Source: a virus
Length of the DNA stretch: 64,000 nucleotides
Reading direction: 5' to 3' (one strand)
Virus record (IMG/VR): IMGVR_UViG_3300027126_000006
Shown: piece after piece, positions 57,690 to 64,000 of the stretch
How the letters are laid out: each line of letters opens with the position of its first letter
Numbering within the stretch: position 1 is the first letter of the stretch
Notes under the pieces: model-generated
What the model was told of the DNA's origin: nothing
The model's input: only the letters and a program-made list of their open reading frames with translations
Databases searched by the model: none
Translations under genes and position numbers: made by a program

Positions 57690-57815
57690 TCACAGCACTT
57701 CCTGTTCGAGGATCTCAGTAGAGTAGCGGTCACCATACTCAGAGCAGACCGCCTTCTCATAGGAATCATATACGCCGCGAACGACACCAGCAAACATTAC
57801 AATGTAAACCTTCAT
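57690..57815 (-). CDS. 41-aa ORF (MKVYIVMFAGVVRGVYDSYEKA...)
   Basis: GGAG RBS, directly downstream of promoter copy 3. Confidence 0.6.
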   Translation of the reverse strand: MKVYIVMFAGVVRGVYDSYEKAVCSEYGDRYSTEILEQEVL

Positions 57816-57844
57816 TTCTTGCTCCGTTCTTTCACTGTAGAGAC

Positions 57845-57874
57845 ATTATCTGATAATTAGGATTTAATGTCAAC
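57845..57874 (-). promoter_or_regulatory. Early promoter cassette, copy 3
   Basis: GTTGACA ttaaatcctaattatca GATAAT. Confidence 0.85.
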
Positions 57875-58048
57875 ACAGAGCTCACGTGTGTTTTCTGCAG
57901 GAGAAGCGAGTGATTTAGGAGGTCGAAGGGGTTGTTGCGGAGTTTCTGTGATCTCCCCTCCGTGCGATTGCTGGTACATTTCTGCCATTGACTTGATGTA
58001 AAATTTCATTACTTTACCTCGTTTCGTAACCAGCGTGTATCGCATCAC
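57857..58048 (-). CDS. Hypothetical protein
   Basis: AAGGAG RBS; the last residues VDIKS are read from promoter copy 3. Confidence 0.6.
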   Translation of the reverse strand: MMRYTLVTKRGKVMKFYIKSMAEMYQQSHGGEITETPQQPLRPPKSLASPAENTRELCVDIKS

Positions 58049-58066
58049 ATTACTCCTTTACCTAAG

Positions 58067-58096
58067 ATATTAGATGATTATGGATTTAATGTCAAC
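58067..58096 (-). promoter_or_regulatory. Early promoter cassette, copy 4
   Basis: GTTGACA ttaaatccataatcatc TAATAT; the TGA in the -35 box is the stop codon of the ClpP-like gene. Confidence 0.7.
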
Positions 58097-58763
58097 TCGC
58101 CTTCTTTTTCGCAGCAGGGCGCGTTGTCGCTTTCTTCTTCGCTTTGGCTGCAGCGTTGTCTTTCCTCTCTGCAGCCTTTTGCTTCGCTTCGAAGAACTGA
58201 ACTCGCTTAGTCATTCGCTGTTTAATATCTTCTGCATCGAACCAAAGTTCAACACCAGCTTTGACTTGAGCCATTTCCTCCTTTGTGAGGAACCCTTCAT
58301 ATGTTTCGGCGAGGATCTTTTCTACTTGACGAACGGTAAATTCCGTATGGAGTTTTACGTTGCCAGCTGTTCCAACAGATCCGAAAGATGCTGTGTGGAC
58401 CATTGAGTATGCACTATCCAATACAATCACCTCATCGCAATACATCGAAATAATTGATGCTGCTGAATGACATGCACCAACAAGGACGGCTGTCACTTTT
58501 GCTGGTGTGTTCTTCAGGCCTTCGATGATCGCCATAGCAGTATCAAGCTGACCACCTTCTGAATTGATGATTAGGTTGAATACATCGTCATCCCCTGCAT
58601 TAAACAGGAGGGAAATCAACTCACGATATTCAGAAGGATCTCCAATGCTACCGTCAAGGAAAACATCGTGATGTTGGTAGCTATGGACTACCGAGTTGAT
58701 ATACTGGTCACCCTTAAGAAGAGCTGCCAGAGACATTGGACTGCCTAGATTTTGTTCTTTCAT
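58092..58763 (-). CDS. ClpP-like protease (S14/S49 fold) with Lys/Ala-rich tail
   Basis: 'INSEGG.LD.A.AI', 'G.CHSAASII', 'MVHTAS.G..G', 'ELWF.AE'. Confidence 0.8.
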   Translation of the reverse strand: MKEQNLGSPMSLAALLKGDQYINSVVHSYQHHDVFLDGSIGDPSEYRELISLLFNAGDDDVFNLIINSEGGQLDTAMAIIEGLKNTPAKVTAVLVGACHSAASIISMYCDEVIVLDSAYSMVHTASFGSVGTAGNVKLHTEFTVRQVEKILAETYEGFLTKEEMAQVKAGVELWFDAEDIKQRMTKRVQFFEAKQKAAERKDNAAAKAKKKATTRPAAKKKAS

Positions 58764-59331
58764 TATCCACTCCATAAAAAATGTGCTGGCCGATTCTGGC
58801 TGTGACCCTCAAGTTTGTCATTCCTAGTTCGCTTTTGTGTACATAATCAGCATGGTAAAATAGTGCACCACGGGTGATATCAGGAAGGGTACGATAATTT
58901 ATAAAAACATCATGCGCGATCTTCCAAATTTCTTGATATGTTTCGCGATTGAAGGCTCTTCTTACAGCAGTCATTCGCGACCTCTCATCACACCACCAGG
59001 AGAATTGGCAAACAGGGCCAACTTGTTGTTTAACCACTTCACAAACGGTCTTTGGAAATCTGCGTGAAGTAGCCCGGTTCATTGTGACAAACGCTACTGC
59101 ACGTTTGCCTTCTTTACTCTCTGAACGCGCTTCGAAATAGATGTTGGCAGCCAGACAATCAATCTGCGCTTTCATATGTTCATCGATGTGCGTCTGTTTA
59201 TATGTATGGGTAGTAGGCTCCTTGTTAACAGAAACAATTTCAGCTTTCACAGGCTTACTATCCTGCGTGGATCCAATGGTCAATAAAGTCGTCAGGAATG
59301 CGGCAATGCAAGCAGATAGATTTGGTTGCAT
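58714..59331 (-). CDS. SleB/Hydrolase_2-family cell wall hydrolase with N-terminal signal/TM segment
   Basis: 'CLAANIYFEARSE...G..AVA.VT.NR.....FP.TVC.VV.Q....CQFSW.C', 'GALFYHADYV', 'IGQHIFY'. Confidence 0.9.
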   Translation of the reverse strand: MQPNLSACIAAFLTTLLTIGSTQDSKPVKAEIVSVNKEPTTHTYKQTHIDEHMKAQIDCLAANIYFEARSESKEGKRAVAFVTMNRATSRRFPKTVCEVVKQQVGPVCQFSWWCDERSRMTAVRRAFNRETYQEIWKIAHDVFINYRTLPDITRGALFYHADYVHKSELGMTNLRVTARIGQHIFYGVDNERTKSRQSNVSGSSS

Positions 59332-59362
59332 GATCTTCCTTATGTTGTAGGGTAATATTGTA

Positions 59363-59391
59363 ATAATACCCGGTTAGTGAAGTACAGTCAA
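59363..59391 (-). promoter_or_regulatory. Sigma70 promoter TTGACT-17-TATTAT for the hydrolase/ClpP genes
   Basis: Near-consensus, about 30 nt upstream of the 59331 start. Confidence 0.65.
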
Positions 59392-59392
59392 A

Positions 59393-59400
59393 TATAAATA
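59393..59400 (+). promoter_or_regulatory. Late promoter TATAAATA for the membrane protein gene
   Basis: Exact motif 30 nt upstream of ATG 59431. Confidence 0.8.
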
Positions 59401-59430
59401 TTCAACAACAAAAATGGACTGTACACGAAA

Positions 59431-59838
59431 ATGAAACAGTACGATATCGACAGAGATGGCATTGTGACATCCCAGGATATTGATAATGCAGATCACATCA
59501 GTGAAATAGTTCTACGAGAAGAGAAAGCTGCCACGCAAAAAAGAATGGCGTGGGTTGCCTTCGCTTTAATGGCAGTGTTTACTGCAGTTCTCTTTTCACC
59601 GATTGTAACAGACGCGCGAGTCCACGCTTTAGCAGACTTGTTGGGTCTATTTTACATTGCCCAGGCAGGTATTGTGGGCGCATACATGGGCGTCACAGCT
59701 TGGATGTCTAATACTGCATCCAGAAGTTCAAGTTACGGTTATGGTGGGCCAATTGCCCCTAAACCAGCAGATCCTAAAGACACTTCTCGATTCAGGGCTC
59801 CAGACCCCGATGATGTTCCGCCACCTAAAGGGCGCTGA
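59431..59838 (+). CDS. Two-TM membrane protein with an N-terminal EF-hand-like loop (holin candidate)
   Basis: DIDRDGIVTSQD loop; TMs 'MAWVAFALMAVFTAVLF' and 'LLGLFYIAQAGIVGAYMGVTAW'; Pro-rich tail. Confidence 0.65.
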   Translation: MKQYDIDRDGIVTSQDIDNADHISEIVLREEKAATQKRMAWVAFALMAVFTAVLFSPIVTDARVHALADLLGLFYIAQAGIVGAYMGVTAWMSNTASRSSSYGYGGPIAPKPADPKDTSRFRAPDPDDVPPPKGR

Positions 59839-60466
59839 ACTGATCTCTTAGTTCTCGGAACTTAAAGATCCAATCATTCCTCTTTTCTTGGAATATCAAC
59901 GGGTCATGGTCATCAACGCCCATGATAATCAGAAGTCTTCCAACAGGAATTCCTGTTAACTCCTCAAACATAACTGCATATGCCGAAGTCTGCATAAAGT
60001 AGTCATGAATCCAATCTCTTTGCTTAGGCTTTGATGCAGTCTTAAAATCAATCACATGCAGCTTGCCTTCATACTCAGCAATACAATCAACTGTTCCAGC
60101 CACCTTAAGATGATGTGAATATAGTTGTGTCTCAAGGCAGTGAATATTATTTATCTTATCCAGAAATGGCTTGATAGAATTGAACACCTCAACATCCGGC
60201 AGCGATGGCTTAGCATAGCCAGTCTTCAGATAATCCTCACAAAGAGTGTGTACAGCAGTACCACGCTTTGATGCCTTTTTGCTGATCTGGTTAGCCTGCT
60301 CATGTCCTACCCTATTCCGCCACTCCTGTATGTGCTTAGCTTTGTGTTGGCCAACAACAGTAGTGACAGAGGGATATGCGTTCCCGTCGGGAGTCTGATA
60401 GAGTCTGCCTCCATCAGAATCCACACGCACTAATTTTGGAATGTCATGGTGAATAAAAGTCTTCAT
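59825..60466 (-). CDS. PD-(D/E)xK exonuclease of T4-like phages
   Basis: 'RLYQTPDG..YPSVTTV', 'RGT.VH..CE.YL', 'AGTVDCIAEYEG.L.VIDFKT', 'YFMQ.SAYA.MFEE'. Confidence 0.88.
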   Translation of the reverse strand: MKTFIHHDIPKLVRVDSDGGRLYQTPDGNAYPSVTTVVGQHKAKHIQEWRNRVGHEQANQISKKASKRGTAVHTLCEDYLKTGYAKPSLPDVEVFNSIKPFLDKINNIHCLETQLYSHHLKVAGTVDCIAEYEGKLHVIDFKTASKPKQRDWIHDYFMQTSAYAVMFEELTGIPVGRLLIIMGVDDHDPLIFQEKRNDWIFKFRELRDQFSAL

Positions 60467-61086
60467 GCAAAATAGTTCATAATTTTATCGTAGTATGCTT
60501 GCCGATGATCAAGACCATTGTAGCCTCCGTTGACGGCCTTGGTCATTCTCCGAACATCTCTATCATCAGCATACACATTAATGTTATTAATTGTCCAGTA
60601 CCATGTTGCAGTCGCAATCGACACACTCTTATCATTAATCAAGACGTCAGGATCTTCCATAATGAAATCTTCATTTCCTGGATAGACATCACGAGCAAAA
60701 TGTAGGTAGTTGTTTCTGCCCGTCAGATGGATAGGTCCTCGTCCACGAAACTTCCAACCATCCTCTGTCTCAGCAGGACCATTACCCATCCGATTGCCAT
60801 ATGCATAGCTGGCAACTAGAACTGGTTTGTAGTGGCATTTGTTGGCTAGTTCTCGATTAAAGATTCGTGGCCACACTTGCATCATACGATCGGCAGAGTA
60901 GTTCATGTTCTCTTCGAACCATCGCCAGCCACCTGTCTCAGCACCACATTGAGACAGAAATCCAGCTACACGATCAAGCGTATCGATGTCAAATGTTGGG
61001 AGAGTTACGTTTAGCGCATCAACCCATTCATCAGCTTCAATTGCAGTGGGAAATACACTCTTAAAAAATTCAGATGTTATTTGCAT
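60463..61086 (-). CDS. GH19-family endolysin
   Basis: 'R.A.FL.Q...ETGG....EEN.NYS', 'YGNRMGNG....DGWKFRGRG.I.LTGR.NY', 'TK.VNGG.NGL..R'. Confidence 0.88.
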   Translation of the reverse strand: MQITSEFFKSVFPTAIEADEWVDALNVTLPTFDIDTLDRVAGFLSQCGAETGGWRWFEENMNYSADRMMQVWPRIFNRELANKCHYKPVLVASYAYGNRMGNGPAETEDGWKFRGRGPIHLTGRNNYLHFARDVYPGNEDFIMEDPDVLINDKSVSIATATWYWTINNINVYADDRDVRRMTKAVNGGYNGLDHRQAYYDKIMNYFA

Positions 61087-61090
61087 TTTC

Positions 61091-61852
61091 CTATCCTTGA
61101 GAGTCCATTATATCTTCGTATTTAAGTTTAGCTAAGATGTAATCACGAACTAATGAAGAACGAACGATATCATCTACCGTGAATTCAATCCTCGTGAATG
61201 CTTCCATGTGATATGCAATATCGAAGAACTTTAAGATACCACTAACATCATTCTTTTTCTTGTTTAAGTCTGTCTGGCGATAATCTCCACACCAGATGAT
61301 TTTCGATCGATACCCAACTCGAGTCATAACAGTATCGATCTCTTCGTAAGTCAAGTTCTGCATCTCATCAACAATAATGATTGCATCATCAAACGACATC
61401 CCGCGAATGAACGACGTGGAGATGAATTCGATGTGATGTTGCTCTTCGAGTCTATCCCATGCATCTTTCCTACCAAAAAGAGTTTCGCAGATTTGTCTGT
61501 ATGGTTGTTGATAGATCTCCATCTTTTCATTCACGTCACCAGGAAGATGACCAATCTCTCTTCCCTGCACTGCTGAGCGAACAACAATAATTTTATTGAA
61601 AGGGTTGGATTTGTCTAGGACTTCTTCAATCGCCTTATACATGGCACAGAAAGTTTTACCAGTACCGGCAACACCATGTAGAGCTATAAAGTAGTCTCCT
61701 GTCTTGTATGCTTCGAAGAACTTCTTTTGATTTTCCGTAAGAGGGTCGAAAGTCTTTAGGTCGTCTATCCTTAATTTAAGGTGATTGTTTGGTTTGATTG
61801 GTTTTACATTATCTTCTTCTTGTTCAGATACTTTTACAGCACGACGAGCCAT
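61091..61852 (-). CDS. phoH: PhoH-family ATPase
   Basis: Walker A 'GVAGTGKT', 'IGHLPG', 'FIRGMSFDDAIIIVDEMQN', 'GDYRQTDL', 'DIVRS.LV'. Confidence 0.95.
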   Translation of the reverse strand: MARRAVKVSEQEEDNVKPIKPNNHLKLRIDDLKTFDPLTENQKKFFEAYKTGDYFIALHGVAGTGKTFCAMYKAIEEVLDKSNPFNKIIVVRSAVQGREIGHLPGDVNEKMEIYQQPYRQICETLFGRKDAWDRLEEQHHIEFISTSFIRGMSFDDAIIIVDEMQNLTYEEIDTVMTRVGYRSKIIWCGDYRQTDLNKKKNDVSGILKFFDIAYHMEAFTRIEFTVDDIVRSSLVRDYILAKLKYEDIMDSQG

Positions 61853-61862
61853 CTGATTCCTT

Positions 61863-62105
61863 TCAAATGTTGGTTGTCCTATTTAGAACACTCCCGGGAG
61901 TTGTTGCGTGAATTTTTTGAAGCACCTCTTTGAACCCACCACTATTTTTAACACCTATCCGAATAGGGTCTGCGGCAACTGGTGCGGCCAATATAACTTG
62001 CTCGAGATGTGGATTGTCTTTGAGGAATTGTTCCCTACCTGACATTGACATCACCATCTCAGTTACTTCACCTGACCGCTTGTCTCTAAAATTATATGTT
62101 GGCAT
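61863..62105 (-). CDS. FmdB-like small protein (zinc-ribbon cysteines absent)
   Basis: 'MPTYNFRD..SGE..E..MS....E.FLK.NP', 'GFKEVL.KIH...PGS'; sits just upstream of phoH. Confidence 0.7.
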   Translation of the reverse strand: MPTYNFRDKRSGEVTEMVMSMSGREQFLKDNPHLEQVILAAPVAADPIRIGVKNSGGFKEVLQKIHATTPGSVLNRTTNI

Positions 62106-62113
62106 AAAATCCC

Positions 62114-62446
62114 TTAACAATGATTATCCGTGGGGTCAAAAATATCCAGGAGATTACCGCATATCCAGTTGGCAAACTTACCACGCCAGCTGTTTGGATC
62201 AGTTTCTATGTAACGCTTCAAGCGAGCCGTAACAAGCCACTCTCTCGGAATATCTAAAAACACTACAGATGCAATTGTAATATTACTCAATGCATCTACT
62301 AACAGACCAAGGAACAACCAAGGCCCGCCAAGTATATATGTTGTTGTGGATAGCTTCTTGTGTAGATGAGCTCTATACAACCCCATCACCAACACATACA
62401 AAGACCAAAACGCCCACAAGTATACAATTAAGTAAAGTACAATCAT
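62114..62446 (-). CDS. Membrane protein
   Basis: Hydrophobic N-half; 'D.P.EWLVT.RL.RY', 'WIC..LLD.FDP...HC'. Confidence 0.65.
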   Translation of the reverse strand: MIVLYLIVYLWAFWSLYVLVMGLYRAHLHKKLSTTTYILGGPWLFLGLLVDALSNITIASVVFLDIPREWLVTARLKRYIETDPNSWRGKFANWICGNLLDIFDPTDNHC

Positions 62447-62631
62447 GTCCCCTCTTCCTCTTTTTTGTTTACAAGAATGGCATCGTGCTTAAGCACGATG
62501 TTACTATAACCCGATGGCGTTCGCGATAGAAACTCCGTCTCGTACTCACACAGCAATGGTACATCTTGTCCTACCATACCAGCATACCACATGCGAGAAT
62601 CGCTACATTTTAAAATACGGATTACTTTCAT
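62443..62631 (-). CDS. Hypothetical protein
   Basis: RBS present; ATGA overlap with the downstream gene. Confidence 0.6.
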   Translation of the reverse strand: MKVIRILKCSDSRMWYAGMVGQDVPLLCEYETEFLSRTPSGYSNIVLKHDAILVNKKEEEGT

Positions 62632-62649
62632 ATATATCTTCCCGTAAAC

Positions 62650-62671
62650 AAAAAAGGGAGCCGAAGCTCCC
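62650..62671 (-). terminator. Rho-independent terminator with UUCG tetraloop
   Basis: Minus strand reads GGGAGC-TTCG-GCTCCC-TTTTTT. Confidence 0.9.
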
Positions 62672-62695
62672 TAAGAAACTCTAAACTACTCTATG

Positions 62696-63124
62696 TTACT
62701 TCTGGACGTTGTAGTAGTAAGTAGTCGCTCCAGCTTTCTGCATCTCGAGCTCAGTCATAAACGCGTTGATGATCTCACCACGCGACTTACCTTGCTTAGT
62801 AAGATTGATGAACAACTCACGAGCTCGAGCGAGCTTAGAGTTTGCACGAGCATTGCGCTCGACTTTCACCTTAGCAGGCTTAGGTGCTTTGACAGCTTTC
62901 GCCTTAGCAGGCTTAGCTACCTTCTCCTTCACTGCTTTGACGAGCTTCGTCTGCTCAACAGCAGGTTCGTCTTCCGGAATCTCAGGCAGAGACATTCCAG
63001 TCATAAGAGAGATGTCACCCTCCGCTTCCGGATACTTCTGGATGAGAATCTCACGAGCCTCTTCGGTCGTATAGGACTGAACGAGGTGGTTAAACATCGC
63101 TTGCATCACTTGTTCGCTAACCAT
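62696..63124 (-). CDS. Early protein with Lys/Ala/Pro linker and small C-terminal helical domain (possibly DNA-binding)
   Basis: AAGGAG RBS before ATG 63124; 'KPAKAKAVKAPKPAK'; 'ARELF...SRGEII..F..ELEM..AGATTYYYN'. Confidence 0.65.
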   Translation of the reverse strand: MVSEQVMQAMFNHLVQSYTTEEAREILIQKYPEAEGDISLMTGMSLPEIPEDEPAVEQTKLVKAVKEKVAKPAKAKAVKAPKPAKVKVERNARANSKLARARELFINLTKQGKSRGEIINAFMTELEMQKAGATTYYYNVQK

Positions 63125-63149
63125 AGTATAACTCCTTAGGATCAAAAAA

Positions 63150-63458
63150 TTACTGCACGTTCGGCTTGGTCACAACCACAGGGCTCGGCTTGCGAGCTTT
63201 CTTCTTAGCAGCGAGACCAACGGTTCCTACTTCCTTCGACAAGTTCTTCTTATACAGTCGATCGAGGCGGTCCTCGAGTCGCTGGATCGCAGCCTTACGC
63301 TTCACCTCACGAGCTTCACGCTTCGCTTGGACAGCAGCAGCCTTAGCAGCCTTCAGTCGAGCAACTTCATCGTTGATCATCTGATCAACACGGTCGCGTT
63401 CTTGTTTGAGGTTCGAAATGGTTTCGGCAATCGCCATCAGTTGTTCAGTCGTCATCAT
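63150..63458 (-). CDS. Basic coiled-coil early protein
   Basis: AAGGA RBS, directly downstream of promoter copy 5. Confidence 0.65.
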   Translation of the reverse strand: MMTTEQLMAIAETISNLKQERDRVDQMINDEVARLKAAKAAAVQAKREAREVKRKAAIQRLEDRLDRLYKKNLSKEVGTVGLAAKKKARKPSPVVVTKPNVQ

Positions 63459-63504
63459 AATATAGTTCCTTTCAGGTTAGGTGCAGATCACTTACTACAA
63501 GACC

Positions 63505-63534
63505 ATTATAGGTCAAATTGGAATTAATGTCAAC
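63505..63534 (-). promoter_or_regulatory. Early promoter cassette, copy 5
   Basis: GTTGACA ttaattccaatttgacc TATAAT. Confidence 0.9.
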
Positions 63535-63739
63535 AGCGGACACTCGTCACACACTCGTGCTCGAGGAGCACACGGCACACCGGTTCGCTGCGCCAGCGAA
63601 GCGAAATCGGCTCCTCGAGCACAACGGTGTGTTGAACTTTGCCGCCGTACTTGACGCGCGACAGTTCGACACGACCCTTGACAGGGTATTCACCCATGTA
63701 CTTGCCTTCAACAATCATTCCTTCAAAATTCCACATCAC
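63530..63739 (-). CDS. Hypothetical protein
   Basis: AAGGA RBS; the stop TGA lies within the -35 box of promoter copy 5. Confidence 0.65.
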   Translation of the reverse strand: MMWNFEGMIVEGKYMGEYPVKGRVELSRVKYGGKVQHTVVLEEPISLRWRSEPVCRVLLEHECVTSVRC

Positions 63740-63760
63740 GTTTCCTTATTCAGTATGATC

Positions 63761-63790
63761 ATTATAGGTCAAATTGGAATTAATGTCAAC
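63761..63790 (-). promoter_or_regulatory. Early promoter cassette, copy 6 (identical to copy 5)
   Basis: 30 bp identical to 63505-63534. Confidence 0.9.
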
Positions 63791-63890
63791 GGTCGTTATC
63801 GCGGGGATTTACAGCGAAAAGTGCCAGCACAGCCGCGATAATAACAACATACAACCCAAACCAGATGCAGAATGCAGCAAATACACTCAC
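63786..63890 (-). CDS. 34-aa single-TM peptide (MSVFAAFCIWFGLYVVIIAAVLALFAVNPRDNDR)
   Basis: GTG start with GGAG RBS; the stop is the TGA in the -35 box of promoter copy 6. Confidence 0.5.
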   Translation of the reverse strand: MSVFAAFCIWFGLYVVIIAAVLALFAVNPRDNDR

Positions 63891-63891
63891 A

Positions 63892-64000
63892 TTATTCTCC
63901 TTTACTGCAGATGTACACTACGATACATCCAGCGATAGTCAGCGACAGAACCAACGTCCAGTCGAGAAGCGTTGCAGAAGCAGGAAGCTCGGTGATCCCA
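63892..64000 (-). CDS. C-terminal part of a small membrane protein (runs off the right edge)
   Basis: ...ITELPASATLLDWTLVLSLTIAGCIVVYICSKGE*. Confidence 0.45.
   Translation of the reverse strand, partial: GITELPASATLLDWTLVLSLTIAGCIVVYICSKGE

Noticed and set aside
59825-60466. Cas4-like nuclease as evidence of a CRISPR system
   Set aside because: This is the usual stand-alone PD-(D/E)xK exonuclease of T4-like phages; it has no four-Cys Fe-S motif, and there are no cas genes or array.
1-64000. tRNA/rRNA genes, integrase, transposase, homing endonuclease
   Set aside because: No cloverleaf or T-loop signature in the short intergenic gaps and no matching protein motifs were seen by eye; tRNAscan was not run.

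Overview
This window is 64 kb of a large T4-like myovirus genome, probably an uncultured aquatic phage of a Proteobacterium (host is inferred). About 1-47.8 kb is a mostly minus-strand late region. It holds four collagen-like (GYT-GSQ)n fibre genes, LamG-type adhesins, fibres with intramolecular chaperones, a VrlC/DUF4815-like protein split into two genes, and baseplate genes gp8, gp7, gp6, gp25, PAAR, gp5, gp27, gp53 and gp48. At 8-14 kb this region is interrupted by an accessory island: a five-domain glycosyltransferase/FkbM methyltransferase, an ATP-grasp-like gene, a membrane protein plus tandem-PAS pair, and a HExxH peptidase-like gene. About 47.8-52.5 kb is a plus-strand block (gp4, gp2, gp54, gp16, gp26, gp51, gp29-like). 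About 52.5-64 kb is a minus-strand early/middle region (gp32, gp59, gp33, ClpP-like, SleB-like hydrolase, PD-(D/E)xK exonuclease, GH19 endolysin, PhoH, FmdB-like, many small ORFs) punctuated by six copies of a conserved sigma70-type promoter cassette. The best candidate for a new system is virion glycosylation: Thr-rich, proline-poor collagen-like fibres next to a mega-glycosyltransferase. Other leads are the membrane protein + PAS-PAS module with no output domain, a perfect sigma70 promoter firing antisense into gp4, and a Cys-initiated domain at the split point of the VrlC-like protein. All product calls come from motif recognition and synteny; no searches were run.
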